From IMG/VR virus record IMGVR_UViG_3300044701_002789, positions 194,363 to 258,362 of that record: a DNA stretch of 64,000 nt; one strand, given 5' to 3'. Within the stretch, counting starts at the first letter, position 1; the number at the start of each line of letters is the position of its first letter. The notes under the pieces are model-generated. The model did no database searches. It was not told where the DNA came from and saw only the letters and a list, made by a program, of their open reading frames with translations. A program made the translations under genes and the position numbers. Positions 37,591 through 48,160 of the stretch are shown here, in pieces.

Positions 37591-37920
37591 TTAGTTGAGG
37601 GTTTCTAAAATACTTGCGATAAATTTCAAGTTGGTCCCATTACTACCCGATAGAACTAATCTATCACCACTTTCTAATACTAACTTTCCCGGAAGAAGAT
37701 TTGCAGTATCATTACCAGAAATTGGAAATTGTTTCAATATTTCCGTATCAGTAGAACTTCTACGATGCGTAAAAGATATATCTTGAGAAGTTGACCCAAT
37801 ATTCGTGACTTGCGCAAGAAGAACTACTCCAGTATAACCAACTGGTGCAGTATAAATTGAAGTTGTTGCGACACCAACAACTGCAGTGACTGTTTTAAAA
37901 ACATTAAGTGCTAACGCCAT
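37591..37920 (-). CDS. small virion structural protein (putative)
   Basis: beta-rich, YTAP..., KLVLESGD; gene context. Confidence 0.7.
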   Translation of the reverse strand: MALALNVFKTVTAVVGVATTSIYTAPVGYTGVVLLAQVTNIGSTSQDISFTHRRSSTDTEILKQFPISGNDTANLLPGKLVLESGDRLVLSGSNGTNLKFIASILETLN

Positions 37921-37924
37921 CTTA

Positions 37925-40282
37925 TTAATCTCCTCCTAATGCAAGAATGAATGGGGTTACTGTTGAGAACAAACTCTTTGAATAAAATGTTCCACTAATG
38001 GTTCCAGTTTGTTGATTGATTACAACACCATCACCAATTCGGAAGTTACCAGATTGGTCTGTGGTTGTAAAAACAACAATACCTCCATTATTTGTGACTG
38101 TTTCATTTTCCTGAATTGGAACACCACCAGCAGCAGGAAGTGCAGTTGCAATATTTGTTCCAGAACCAATATATTCAAGTGAATGTCCTGATGCTAATAC
38201 ACGACTTTGTTTAAAGAAAGGAACCTCCATTCCCGCAGTGACTGCATAAGGAACATTATCAGTAAAGGTAATCGTACAAATACCTGCAGAAACTGGAGTA
38301 CATTTTTCAATGATATAATAAGTTGGGATCATATTTACACTTCCAGTTGCAGTATTAATTCCTACATCTGGTGTGTTGAATGTAACTCTTGGAGTTGTTG
38401 TATATCCTCTTCCGTTTGAAATCATTTCAACAGAAACTACAGAACCGTTTTTAACCTCTGCAACTGCAGTTGCTGGAATTCCCCAAGGTGTTTCTGGGTC
38501 TTCTATAGTAAGTTCTGCAGTTCCCGTATATCCAGTTCCACCAGAACCAACCGTAACTCCACCAATACTATAATAAAGTTTATCAAAATAAACTACCTGA
38601 CCATCAAAAGGTCTGATGATATTAATTTTTGCGGTTCCGCCTGAATCATAAGTATGGGAAAGTGTAGATACTCCCACATAAACACTGAATGTTGTACTTG
38701 CAGCAGATACTGTGGGAAGTGCATTTCCGCCATTAATATTTCCAGCATCCAAACGAGTTGTAATAATTCCTACAAGATTATCAATAAAGGATTGAACATC
38801 CGCACAAGAATTTACACTTGTATTTGAACCAGTTGCAGGGTCGGGTGCAATTGTTAAGTCCTTATTGGTTAGATTATTTGTAATTGCAAGTTTCATCAAA
38901 TCTCTTGCAGATGTAAACCCTACAATTGTTTGTGGAACTTCCCCATCTACACCATTTGTAAGTATAGTTCCATCTATCTTAAAATATGCTTTGGTTGCTT
39001 CTAAAGTATTTCTTGATGTGAAATCTCGTACATCAAGAGATACTGCATCCACAATAAATCCTAAGTCTCTTTTACATTTATCGGGACTTGGATTTGAGAA
39101 CGAAGGATATGCAATTCCAATGGCATCATATGCATCATCAATGATTTCTTGACGATTTGCTTGAATAAGATTATAAGAATCTACATATCTTCCGGGCGCA
39201 ACAGTGACCGTTTCAAATATATACCCTTTATTCCCGGATGGGTAAGTTACAATTCCTGGACCAGAAGAACAAGTAAATGCAAGTCCTGCAAGTGAAATTC
39301 CCATTCCCACTGAAAAATTATGTGCAGAATTCGTAGTTGCAGTAAGAATTCCAGTTACATTATCATATTTTGCAGAAGTGATATTTAAAGTTGGAGTATT
39401 TAAATCAACAACAAATTCAAATGCATTTGGTTCTTCGGTACTTGTAATAATTCCAGTGTATTTTCTTGGTCCAACTCCATCAGCAACCAATCCAAAATTA
39501 CCAAATGAAGAGTTTGAGTTTGTTAAATCACACGCAGCACCACTACCGCAGAAGATTGCAGTATCATTACAGATTGTAAAAATTGAAACTAACTGTGCGT
39601 ATCCTTCATTGGTAATGGAAACTCCAATACCACCTTGATTGTATTGAGTATAACTATCAACAACCATTGACTTTAATGGTCCAATTGCCTTGGAACCATC
39701 AATTTTCATTCCAATACTATTTGGAATAAAATTGGTGCAGTTCTGCACATAAGGTGATTGATTGAAGTATCCAATTTGATTTGGATTAAATGCAAAAATT
39801 GCCTTACCTGAATTTAAAGTTCCAGTGTAAGACATCTCCGCAATATAGTTTCCATTTGAAACATAAAACAAGTCCTGATTTGCATTTAATGGTTGAACAG
39901 ATACCTCTCTTAAACTATCTCCAACAATTGAAACTTGTTCTGGAATAACTAATGGATTGTTTTCTAAATAAGATCCAGCACTAACTTTAATAACTGTTCC
40001 TGTTGTTGCTGCTGTGAGTGCTGCTCCGATTGTTGCCTTTGCGTCTCCAAGTTTTTTTCCGGTGTTGTTGTTGCTTCCGTCTTTTGTGACATATAGGATA
40101 TTAGTAACTGTTGCTCCGGCACCAATTCTTATAATATCGGTGCCTATTCCTACTCTTTCTCTGCGGGCAAAGAGTTCTGCGTCGTATGTATTAAGACCAA
40201 GTTCCCCTAACGGTAATTGTTCTATTGATGGTATCTTGCCGGGAACCGCCGACCTTTTAATTCTTATATTTGGATTACTCAT
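37925..40282 (-). CDS. tail-associated protein with interrupted beta-helix (pectin-lyase-like)
   Basis: IRIKRS...GELGLN N-terminus; LYV..DG.N, TI.AAL, VGDSLR, SNSSFG. Confidence 0.75.
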   Translation of the reverse strand: MSNPNIRIKRSAVPGKIPSIEQLPLGELGLNTYDAELFARRERVGIGTDIIRIGAGATVTNILYVTKDGSNNNTGKKLGDAKATIGAALTAATTGTVIKVSAGSYLENNPLVIPEQVSIVGDSLREVSVQPLNANQDLFYVSNGNYIAEMSYTGTLNSGKAIFAFNPNQIGYFNQSPYVQNCTNFIPNSIGMKIDGSKAIGPLKSMVVDSYTQYNQGGIGVSITNEGYAQLVSIFTICNDTAIFCGSGAACDLTNSNSSFGNFGLVADGVGPRKYTGIITSTEEPNAFEFVVDLNTPTLNITSAKYDNVTGILTATTNSAHNFSVGMGISLAGLAFTCSSGPGIVTYPSGNKGYIFETVTVAPGRYVDSYNLIQANRQEIIDDAYDAIGIAYPSFSNPSPDKCKRDLGFIVDAVSLDVRDFTSRNTLEATKAYFKIDGTILTNGVDGEVPQTIVGFTSARDLMKLAITNNLTNKDLTIAPDPATGSNTSVNSCADVQSFIDNLVGIITTRLDAGNINGGNALPTVSAASTTFSVYVGVSTLSHTYDSGGTAKINIIRPFDGQVVYFDKLYYSIGGVTVGSGGTGYTGTAELTIEDPETPWGIPATAVAEVKNGSVVSVEMISNGRGYTTTPRVTFNTPDVGINTATGSVNMIPTYYIIEKCTPVSAGICTITFTDNVPYAVTAGMEVPFFKQSRVLASGHSLEYIGSGTNIATALPAAGGVPIQENETVTNNGGIVVFTTTDQSGNFRIGDGVVINQQTGTISGTFYSKSLFSTVTPFILALGGD

Positions 40283-40334
40283 TTAATTAAGAATGGTATT
40301 TACCGCAGAACTCCTTATATAAGAAGTTATTAGT

Positions 40335-40342
40335 TATTTATA
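40335..40342 (-). promoter_or_regulatory. T4-type late promoter
   Basis: TATAAATA upstream of 40282. Confidence 0.75.
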
Positions 40343-40374
40343 GTTTTTTATAATCCAAAATGAGATTGAATTTA

Positions 40375-43224
40375 TTATGCCTGTGCCTCAGACCAAGAAA
40401 TTCTTGCATTGATAGTAGTTGCAGCAGCACCTACATTTCTTGCTGCCACAATAATTAAATCTGGACCATCTGGATATATATTGCTAACAGTAGTTGGTGC
40501 AGTTAATGTTGTTCCTCCTCCCAATATACCATTACCCAAATCTCTAACTAGATTCAATTCTCTGACAATAATACCATTGTTAACAAAAAAGGAATACACA
40601 GTTTCGCCACCTGTAATAGTTGTTCCCGCTGCATGAACACATATTTGGGAAAGAGATGATCCACCGGCTGCTGCATATGTTCCTGCAGAAACACGTCCAT
40701 TTAGTATTAAACTGATTAGAAAATTTCCACCAGAAAGAATTCCAACCTCACGAAGAGTTAATTGCATTCGGTTAATGAGTTCCCTCGCACCAAGAGTTCC
40801 AGTAAGTCCAGAATCAACACTAGGAGCAAGACGAAGAGAAAGAAGTGCATTAGTAGCCCCAGCATTCACAGATAATGCAGTAACCATACCTGAAGTAAAT
40901 ACAAAAGATCTATCATCATCATATCTACCATCCATAATAATTGATGAACCCCAGTGACCAACATTTAATGCAGTTTGTGGGGAATGCAATTCTACTGAAA
41001 TTGGAGCAGTTGCGGAAAAAGTAAATGTTCCTCCGCCAGCAGTTGAAGTTCCTCCACCTCCAGTTAATCCACCAGGACCAGTTAAAGATGTTACTGCTCT
41101 AGTTAGTCCAGTAAATGATGTGGTGGTTTTTCCAGTATAATTTACATATTCAACAACAGCACCAGTATTTCCAGCAGCACGAATACACAAAGTTCCAGAA
41201 GATGGAAATTCACTTGTACTAGCAACGTTCACTGTAGTTGCAGCATTTGCTAAAGTTGATGTTATATAGGTAATTGGTGGAATTGTATTACATTCATATC
41301 TTGCTGGCAAATTACCAGATCTCATATATGCTTCAGTTCTATAGTTCGCATTAGGAATTCTATGCGCATGAATCACTTCACCTCTTTGATTTTTAAAACC
41401 GTAACGAATTGCACCAGCACCATACCAGGAATAATCAATATAAATCATCTGCATCTTAGTAAGATCGAGATTGAATCCCGAAGGACCAGTTCCATCACAC
41501 TTATCAATATTCCATTCAGATTGTGGTACTCTTTGTTGTGTTCTTTTTGTAACAATAACTGCACCACTAGAAATTGTAGTTCCTCTATATTCTGGAGAAA
41601 CAATCATTTGAGTATCACTTGTAATAGAAAGAACAAGATATGACATTCCACGAATGGTAACATAATCACCGGGTTTCAATTGAGATGAGAAGAAAGTCTG
41701 AAAGTTTCCACTCGCATTTCCTGTAATCACAGGAGAACCATTTGTAACAGAAACTCCTCCAGAGATTTGATCTGTGCTCGATCTTCTTACTGCATATAAA
41801 GTTTGTCCATCATATTCATAGAAAAATCCATTTTGTTCATCAAACATTCCAATTCTAATTCTAGATCCATACCAATTTCCTGGTGAAATAGTAATCGGAA
41901 ATCCAGTTGCCGGAGAAGATGAAGGAGTACTCAATGCAGTATATGTGAATGTCAAATCTGTTGGTACAGTTGCAACTGTAAAAGTGCCATTATATGCAGT
42001 CTGATCTGCACCAGAAACAATTACAGTTGCACCTGGACCCAAATTATGTGGGAATTTTGTTCTTACGGTTACTGTAGTTCCAGATGATGTAACTGCGTCA
42101 ACTTGCAATGCTGCCTTTAAATTAGTTCCAGTACTAAACTGAATACCTTTACCGGATTGATAACGAAAATATCTTCTTGTCTGTCTTATTAATTGATTTC
42201 CATGATATGGGCTTCCTGCTGAGAAATTAACACCACCATCAAAAGGTCTATGAATGGATGAAGTATAAGGTCTTGCATAGAGATTTTGTGACCCTCCATT
42301 TGCAGTAATTGTACCAGTTGGTGCTATGTCAACATCAAAAGTAAATGTATTTGATGTTGGAACTGTCTTTACAAAAAATGCTCCATTTGGAGGATTGCCA
42401 GCTGCGGTTGTGTTTCTTACAAAAATACCATCACCCACCGTTAATCCATGAGCATTTGTTGTAGTGCAAGTAACTGTAGTTCCACTATTAGTAAATGCAG
42501 CACCTGCAGTAGCACTTACTGTAATTTGAGATCCAGTAAAGAAACTTCCACCAAATACATAAGTTTTTGATGCATCAAAGATCTGTCCATTAAATACGTT
42601 TGCTCGTGCGACATAAGTAAATGATGACGCTGAACTTGTTTCGGTTAACTGCCATCCATTTGCAATTGGATCTTCTGTATCCTGGACAAAAATAGGTACA
42701 CCAACACCAGGGTTTGTTGTTGAGGTTACAGTAACAGTTCTAGTACCATTTCCTGTTATATTAGTAACATTATAGGGTAAAACTGGATCATAAAATACTG
42801 ATGGCCTATTGTTAAGTAGTGTAGTAGTTTCCCATTTTGTTTGTTGAGTACCATATTCAAAGTCAGTATCAATTAATGCCTGTGGCGTAGACACACGCAT
42901 CTTACCAACGGGATCCATCAGTTCTTCAGATGGTTCTATTTTCTGTGCAGGATCATCTACAATAATCTGTAGTTTATCACCTGAACTCATTCCTGTGGTA
43001 CTGTAATTTAATACTACCGTTGTTGTATCTGTAGTTCCATTTATTGTATATGAGGTTGCTCTTAAATTTGAATCTGCAAAATTATAAATTACTACATTCG
43101 TTGTTACATTTGTAATTAATATTAATCTTTCTCTAGGTATTGCTCTAGGTAAGACAACATTACCTATACCACTTTCTCCAGGTGTAAATGTATATCCACT
43201 TTCCAATATTACTTTTCTTGCCAT
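40375..43224 (-). CDS. large virion structural protein
   Basis: 949 aa, Thr/Gly-rich; repeated T...HG/NL..G..I.V......NG.F.V..V....TFT(Y/F) modules. Confidence 0.8.
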   Translation of the reverse strand: MARKVILESGYTFTPGESGIGNVVLPRAIPRERLILITNVTTNVVIYNFADSNLRATSYTINGTTDTTTVVLNYSTTGMSSGDKLQIIVDDPAQKIEPSEELMDPVGKMRVSTPQALIDTDFEYGTQQTKWETTTLLNNRPSVFYDPVLPYNVTNITGNGTRTVTVTSTTNPGVGVPIFVQDTEDPIANGWQLTETSSASSFTYVARANVFNGQIFDASKTYVFGGSFFTGSQITVSATAGAAFTNSGTTVTCTTTNAHGLTVGDGIFVRNTTAAGNPPNGAFFVKTVPTSNTFTFDVDIAPTGTITANGGSQNLYARPYTSSIHRPFDGGVNFSAGSPYHGNQLIRQTRRYFRYQSGKGIQFSTGTNLKAALQVDAVTSSGTTVTVRTKFPHNLGPGATVIVSGADQTAYNGTFTVATVPTDLTFTYTALSTPSSSPATGFPITISPGNWYGSRIRIGMFDEQNGFFYEYDGQTLYAVRRSSTDQISGGVSVTNGSPVITGNASGNFQTFFSSQLKPGDYVTIRGMSYLVLSITSDTQMIVSPEYRGTTISSGAVIVTKRTQQRVPQSEWNIDKCDGTGPSGFNLDLTKMQMIYIDYSWYGAGAIRYGFKNQRGEVIHAHRIPNANYRTEAYMRSGNLPARYECNTIPPITYITSTLANAATTVNVASTSEFPSSGTLCIRAAGNTGAVVEYVNYTGKTTTSFTGLTRAVTSLTGPGGLTGGGGTSTAGGGTFTFSATAPISVELHSPQTALNVGHWGSSIIMDGRYDDDRSFVFTSGMVTALSVNAGATNALLSLRLAPSVDSGLTGTLGARELINRMQLTLREVGILSGGNFLISLILNGRVSAGTYAAAGGSSLSQICVHAAGTTITGGETVYSFFVNNGIIVRELNLVRDLGNGILGGGTTLTAPTTVSNIYPDGPDLIIVAARNVGAAATTINARISWSEAQA

Positions 43225-43253
43225 AATTTTGGTAATTTTTTATTAGTTATTAA

Positions 43254-43261
43254 TATTTATA
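43254..43261 (-). promoter_or_regulatory. T4-type late promoter
   Basis: TATAAATA overlapping the upstream stop. Confidence 0.7.
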
Positions 43262-44015
43262 AATTAAATCTACCTTTACTTGAGTTGTAATTTATAATTA
43301 TTTCTTCAGTAGTAAGTGATCTATTATAAATCGATAAAAAAGCAAGAGACATAGGCATTTCATAACCAAAAAACCTTTGCCAAGATGCAATTCTTCCACT
43401 TCCATTATTAAAATTTCTATTTGAACTATTTTCTGTACCCTGTTGTTGAGATAAAGTTTGTTCTACTGTATTAATATACATTTTATTATTTGTATAAGAA
43501 ACATCACTTCTCATTTCAAAAACATAATGTTTCCAATTATTCACAAGACCTAAAGAAGATACAGTTCCTGAAGATATTCCATAGAGATCATTATTTGATG
43601 TATTAAATCCAAATGATCCATTTCCTCCCCAAATAGTATAAGAACCAAATCCAAACAAGGTATTATTTGTATAATTTGATCCAATATTTGCCCAAATTTC
43701 AATCGTAGTAGTAGTGTTTAAATTTGATACAGTAATATCTAAATAATTTCCTATTCCATTAAAAGTTATGATTCCTCCATTTGAGGAACTATATGATGGT
43801 AAAGATGTTGATGGTGAATTTGGAATAATATAATCGGCAACTTCTAAATCATAAACTTTATAAAAAGTATCCTTTACGGATAGTTCAGTATTTGTTTGAT
43901 TGATTGGATTTGTAACAGTTGTTCCAGAACCAGAATACGATTTTGTATTCCCAATATCTATTACTAATCCAAAATTACTTGATCCTGAATTTTTTGGTCC
44001 AGCATAAGCACCCAC
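43257..44015 (-). CDS. LamG/concanavalin A-like domain protein
   Basis: KSYSGSGTT, FNG..NY, W.H.V, IYNRSL..EI..NY; GTG start. Confidence 0.8.
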   Translation of the reverse strand: MGAYAGPKNSGSSNFGLVIDIGNTKSYSGSGTTVTNPINQTNTELSVKDTFYKVYDLEVADYIIPNSPSTSLPSYSSSNGGIITFNGIGNYLDITVSNLNTTTTIEIWANIGSNYTNNTLFGFGSYTIWGGNGSFGFNTSNNDLYGISSGTVSSLGLVNNWKHYVFEMRSDVSYTNNKMYINTVEQTLSQQQGTENSSNRNFNNGSGRIASWQRFFGYEMPMSLAFLSIYNRSLTTEEIIINYNSSKGRFNL

Positions 44016-44016
44016 C

Positions 44017-44271
44017 TTACTCTTCCTCCATCGGTGAAGACCATTCGGAAGTACTCAAAATACTCAACATTTCTTCATAAGTATAATAACCAACAATAGA
44101 TGTGAGTGCTTGTACTGATGGTGGTGGAGTTTCTCCGTCCCATTTTACAAAAGTCAAATCACCCGATGTAGAAACTCTTACAGTCTCTGCAGAAGTTTCC
44201 AGGACTTCTTCAAAGTTGATTTGGTTGAGTTCTGATGTTGCAAAGATTGCGAACTGTCTGTTTTCGTACAT
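44017..44271 (-). CDS. small acidic protein associated with the LamG genes
   Basis: 84-aa ORF. Confidence 0.75.
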   Translation of the reverse strand: MYENRQFAIFATSELNQINFEEVLETSAETVRVSTSGDLTFVKWDGETPPPSVQALTSIVGYYTYEEMLSILSTSEWSSPMEEE

Positions 44272-44289
44272 AGTTTTTTTAGTTATTTA

Positions 44290-45075
44290 TTAGAAGTATC
44301 TGGATTTAGTTGCATTAAAGTTTTGTTGGATTTCTGATGCTGTGAGGACACGGTTATATATAGAATAGGATGCAATATTGAGATTTGTTTTCGCAAGCTC
44401 TCCTGAAATTACATCTAGATTTGTGCTAATTCTAGAGGTATTTTGAAAATTTATTGGATAAAGACTATCTGACCAATTTTGAGATCCAATTGAGATACCA
44501 TTAACATAAACGGTGATAGTGTGGGTTATTCCAGAAAATTCATGAACCATGTCTGCTCTATACCATTGTTCCGGTTCTAGAGTTGCTTCCGCATTTTCAA
44601 AAGAAATAGATCCATACCCCTGCGTTACTCCTGGTGTTCCATTTAAATTTCTAACTCCGCATCTAAGAGTAGCCCTTGTCCAAAATCCGTCTACACCATC
44701 TAAGTACGCCAAATTGATTCCATATGATGGATTATATGAACCTTTCTGTAAAAGTCCGCATATTCGCGGACCCCTAGGAGGGAAAGGTAAGTTGTATCTA
44801 AATGTGACCGAAAAGGTGAAAGAAGAACTATTTCCTATGTTGTTAACAGGTGTTAAGTTGGTTGTGAACTGTATTGAGTCATCAGCATTATCCAATACAA
44901 TATTTTCCGGACCAGAACTACTATAGGTTGGACCATTTACAAGAGACGCATTAATGTTATTACCACTCAAATCAGTCCAAGTGGTTCCACTACCAGGATA
45001 AGATTTTGGATTTGCTGCGTCAAGACACAAAACCAATCCATCAGTAACCACCCGACTATTGTATGCTACTCCCAT
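44290..45075 (-). CDS. LamG/concanavalin A-like domain protein
   Basis: LVLCLDAANPKSYPGSG, YVNG, IYNRVLTASEI. Confidence 0.85.
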   Translation of the reverse strand: MGVAYNSRVVTDGLVLCLDAANPKSYPGSGTTWTDLSGNNINASLVNGPTYSSSGPENIVLDNADDSIQFTTNLTPVNNIGNSSSFTFSVTFRYNLPFPPRGPRICGLLQKGSYNPSYGINLAYLDGVDGFWTRATLRCGVRNLNGTPGVTQGYGSISFENAEATLEPEQWYRADMVHEFSGITHTITVYVNGISIGSQNWSDSLYPINFQNTSRISTNLDVISGELAKTNLNIASYSIYNRVLTASEIQQNFNATKSRYF

Positions 45076-45109
45076 ATTCTCTCAGTGCCTCTTCGTTTTT
45101 GTATTTAGG

Positions 45110-45832
45110 TTATTGGTAACGGGACTTGAGTGCATTGTAGTTTTGTTGGATTTCTGATGCGGTGAGTGCTCTGTTGTATATGGATACTTGTGCGATGTTT
45201 CCTTTAAGTAATCTATCAGTATTTGATATCTCCCCCCTACCAATTATCCATCTTGCACTTGTTCCACTTACGGGAGTTCTAAAGTTTCCAGTAAAAGAAA
45301 CTTGATTACTCAAAGTACCATTAATATAAATTGATGCAGTTGAACCATTATAAGTTCCAACTAAATTGTAATAAGTGGATTCTAAGGTAGTTGTAATACC
45401 GGAGACAAATGTTACAATACCAGATGTATTAACTAATTCAAAATGAGGAAAACTATCAGAAAAACCATTTATACATAATCTAATTGGTTCATTATTATTA
45501 ACATTAATTTGGTCTTCCCACATTACAAGATTTTGAAAAGATATTCCAATACCAGTCGTTCTCCCCCAACAAGAAACTGTTACCTGTGAAGTTCCTGCAA
45601 AATATAATCCATTGGTTGATGGTACAGTTACATAGTCATTAGTTGCATCAAAACTCAAAGAACCTAAATTACCACTACTATAAGTAGGTCCATTCACAAG
45701 AGTTCCATTGTTCCCACGACCACTCAAATCAGTCCAAGTGGTTCCACTACCAGGATAAGACTTTGGATTTGCTGCGTCTAAACAAAGGACTAAATTTTGA
45801 AGCACTATCTGCGGACTGTGAGACAAAGACAT
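45110..45832 (-). CDS. LamG/concanavalin A-like domain protein
   Basis: LVLCLDAANPKSYPGSG, YING, IYNRALTASEI. Confidence 0.85.
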   Translation of the reverse strand: MSLSHSPQIVLQNLVLCLDAANPKSYPGSGTTWTDLSGRGNNGTLVNGPTYSSGNLGSLSFDATNDYVTVPSTNGLYFAGTSQVTVSCWGRTTGIGISFQNLVMWEDQINVNNNEPIRLCINGFSDSFPHFELVNTSGIVTFVSGITTTLESTYYNLVGTYNGSTASIYINGTLSNQVSFTGNFRTPVSGTSARWIIGRGEISNTDRLLKGNIAQVSIYNRALTASEIQQNYNALKSRYQ

Positions 45833-46041
45833 TATTCAAACTCTCCTTCTACCTTTGTGCCTCTTTTGGGTTTTTTGAGTTTTTCAATTTCTTCATTAAG
45901 TTCTATTACTTTCTTATTCAATGCCTCAATAAGTTGATTTGAATTCATTAGTCGTGCTTCTAATGCAATCGTTTGTGCAGTTAAATCACTTACTCTTTGT
46001 TGATATACTGTAAGAAGATTTTTAATTTCTTGTTCGTTCAT
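45832..46041 (-). CDS. small coiled-coil protein
   Basis: Heptad pattern; TAATG coupling. Confidence 0.75.
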   Translation of the reverse strand: MNEQEIKNLLTVYQQRVSDLTAQTIALEARLMNSNQLIEALNKKVIELNEEIEKLKKPKRGTKVEGEFE

Positions 46042-46071
46042 TTCAATTCATTCTACTGTCTTATTTAGAAT

Positions 46072-46100
46072 AAAAAAGGAGTGAGATAAATCTCACTCCT
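46072..46100 (-). terminator. intrinsic terminator
   Basis: AGGAGTGAGA-TTTA-TCTCACTCCT followed by a T run. Confidence 0.85.
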
Positions 46101-46125
46101 ATTGAATAAGATTAAAAATTAATTA

Positions 46126-47769
46126 TCAGACAAAAAACCCACCATCAATAACAACATTAGAAAGTGCAAGTTCATTGTTTACACAAGAGATAACTGTATC
46201 AGTACCACCTGTGCAAGTATTATTAATTTCTAAACCACCAGCAAGAACTGTTGCATAAGCAGATGCAGTGAGAACACCGTTAGACTCACTAACTTCACTT
46301 GCGAAAGTAATTCTTGAAGTACTTTCATCCCAGTAAACCGCTGCTTTCTTAGCTGCAGTATCATAATAATGGAATACTACACCGATATCAACTGTAGTAT
46401 CAGTTGAAGGAGCAATAAGGTTGCCACTGCCATCGTCAACAAGACCAACTTCAATTAGGGAGTCCTTAACAAGAAGAGTCTCTGTTTCAATAGTGGTTGT
46501 AGAACCATTAACAGTGAGGTTTCCTGCAATGGTAACACTACTTGCAAATGAAACATTACCGGTTGTATCGGCAATAGTGATAGCAGCAGCACCATTAGAA
46601 GCCTTAACTGCACCAGTCTCAACAGTTGAAACATCAAGAGTATTTGATGATGGATTATAAGAAATTCCAGCATCTACACGAATTGTTTCACTTTGAGTTG
46701 AAGAACTATTTGTAACAAATGGAATATAGAAAGATGCATCAGTTGATGTTGCAGTAGTATCAACTTGAGTTGAACGAGTTGCAGTTGAAATAGTACCAGT
46801 TAGAGTACCGAGGAATGTAGCATTAGCGTTAACAGTAAGAGTATCTCCACTGTCACTACCAAGAGTTACATTACCATTCGCAGTAACGGCACCAGTAAAT
46901 GTGGAAACACCAGTTACGCCAAGATCATTATTTAGAGTTGTTTGACCGGTTACATCTAATCCAGCATTAGCGTCAAGAAGACCACCGATAGTGCTGATTC
47001 CAGCGACATTGAGAGTATCAAAGTCGTTAGGATCTAATGAAAGTAAATCTTCAAAAGTTGCCTTGGTTGTTGCATCAAGTGTTGCAATTCCAGAAAGTGC
47101 AACTAAACCACCTTCAGTGGAAAGAACTTTAGTAGATCCAACATAAAGTGAACCTACAGTAGAAATACCAGAGGTTGTTGAATTATTATAAGCAAGTTCA
47201 GTGAAAGTACCTGCAGCAGCAGAAGATGCACCGATTACAGTACCATCAATGTTACCACCGTTGATATCGGTACTTGTAATAGTACCTACACCAGTTACAT
47301 TGATGTTATCAAAAGTTGAACCACCGGTTACATCAATACCACCATTTGCATCAATAAGACCACTGAAAGTTGAAATTCCACTAAAAGTTGAATTGCTAAT
47401 GGTAACATTATCAAATGAAGCGCCAGAAGTTACTGATGCCCATTCAAGAACACCAGAGTTACCTAATTTGAGGAAGTGACCTGTTGTACCGCCACCCTGA
47501 GGTAGAGTATAAGTTACAGGAGTAGTTACTGTTGCTGGAGCGCGAAGTGAAACGCTATTAGTACCATCTTTATCTACAAGATTTAACTTGAGAGATTCGT
47601 CAGTACCATTTTCTTTGGTCCAATAACGGTGTGATCCGAAAAACTTGTTTCCGCCTACACCACCTACATAAAAATCGTTTTTGTCTGTTGTAAATCCTGG
47701 TTCGCCTGCACGAAGTTCAGGAAGATTTACAAACAGACCTCTTTTAAACTGAAGTGTTGGAGATGCCAT
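46126..47769 (-). CDS. fibre-like virion protein
   Basis: N-terminal QFKRG...L.AGEPGF..D (Mtd-N/hyaluronidase-like), GIST repeats, GNLTVNGSTTTI, C-terminal IDGGFF. Confidence 0.8.
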   Translation of the reverse strand: MASPTLQFKRGLFVNLPELRAGEPGFTTDKNDFYVGGVGGNKFFGSHRYWTKENGTDESLKLNLVDKDGTNSVSLRAPATVTTPVTYTLPQGGGTTGHFLKLGNSGVLEWASVTSGASFDNVTISNSTFSGISTFSGLIDANGGIDVTGGSTFDNINVTGVGTITSTDINGGNIDGTVIGASSAAAGTFTELAYNNSTTSGISTVGSLYVGSTKVLSTEGGLVALSGIATLDATTKATFEDLLSLDPNDFDTLNVAGISTIGGLLDANAGLDVTGQTTLNNDLGVTGVSTFTGAVTANGNVTLGSDSGDTLTVNANATFLGTLTGTISTATRSTQVDTTATSTDASFYIPFVTNSSSTQSETIRVDAGISYNPSSNTLDVSTVETGAVKASNGAAAITIADTTGNVSFASSVTIAGNLTVNGSTTTIETETLLVKDSLIEVGLVDDGSGNLIAPSTDTTVDIGVVFHYYDTAAKKAAVYWDESTSRITFASEVSESNGVLTASAYATVLAGGLEINNTCTGGTDTVISCVNNELALSNVVIDGGFFV

Positions 47770-47881
47770 ATTTGATTTGTCCTAAATTGTTAATTTGACT
47801 ACTAGTAGTACAAAATCAAATCAAAAGATAATACTATGTAAAACTAAAATTCCATTATATTTATTTATTTAAAATTAAAAA

Positions 47882-48160
47882 TTAAAAATCTCCACCATCA
47901 AAATTAACCCTATCATCAAGATCTTCATCAAGTTTGTTAATAAAATCTTCAGGTAAAAAGTTATCTGCAACCGATTTACTTAGTATTGTATCAGGATCTG
48001 AAAATTCATATTTTTTATCTTCATCGTTATACATTAAAACATAACCATCTTGAACGTTGGAAATATCTATATCGTCAAGAACAGTTATGGTATCTGGTAT
48101 TACAATCTGAGTTTTGACTTTTATTTGAGGCGTTCTTGAGAGTTTGATTTGAATTGCCAT
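47882..48160 (-). CDS. small acidic virion-associated protein
   Basis: Shares a ~65-aa domain with the upstream gene. Confidence 0.75.
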   Translation of the reverse strand: MAIQIKLSRTPQIKVKTQIVIPDTITVLDDIDISNVQDGYVLMYNDEDKKYEFSDPDTILSKSVADNFLPEDFINKLDEDLDDRVNFDGGDF

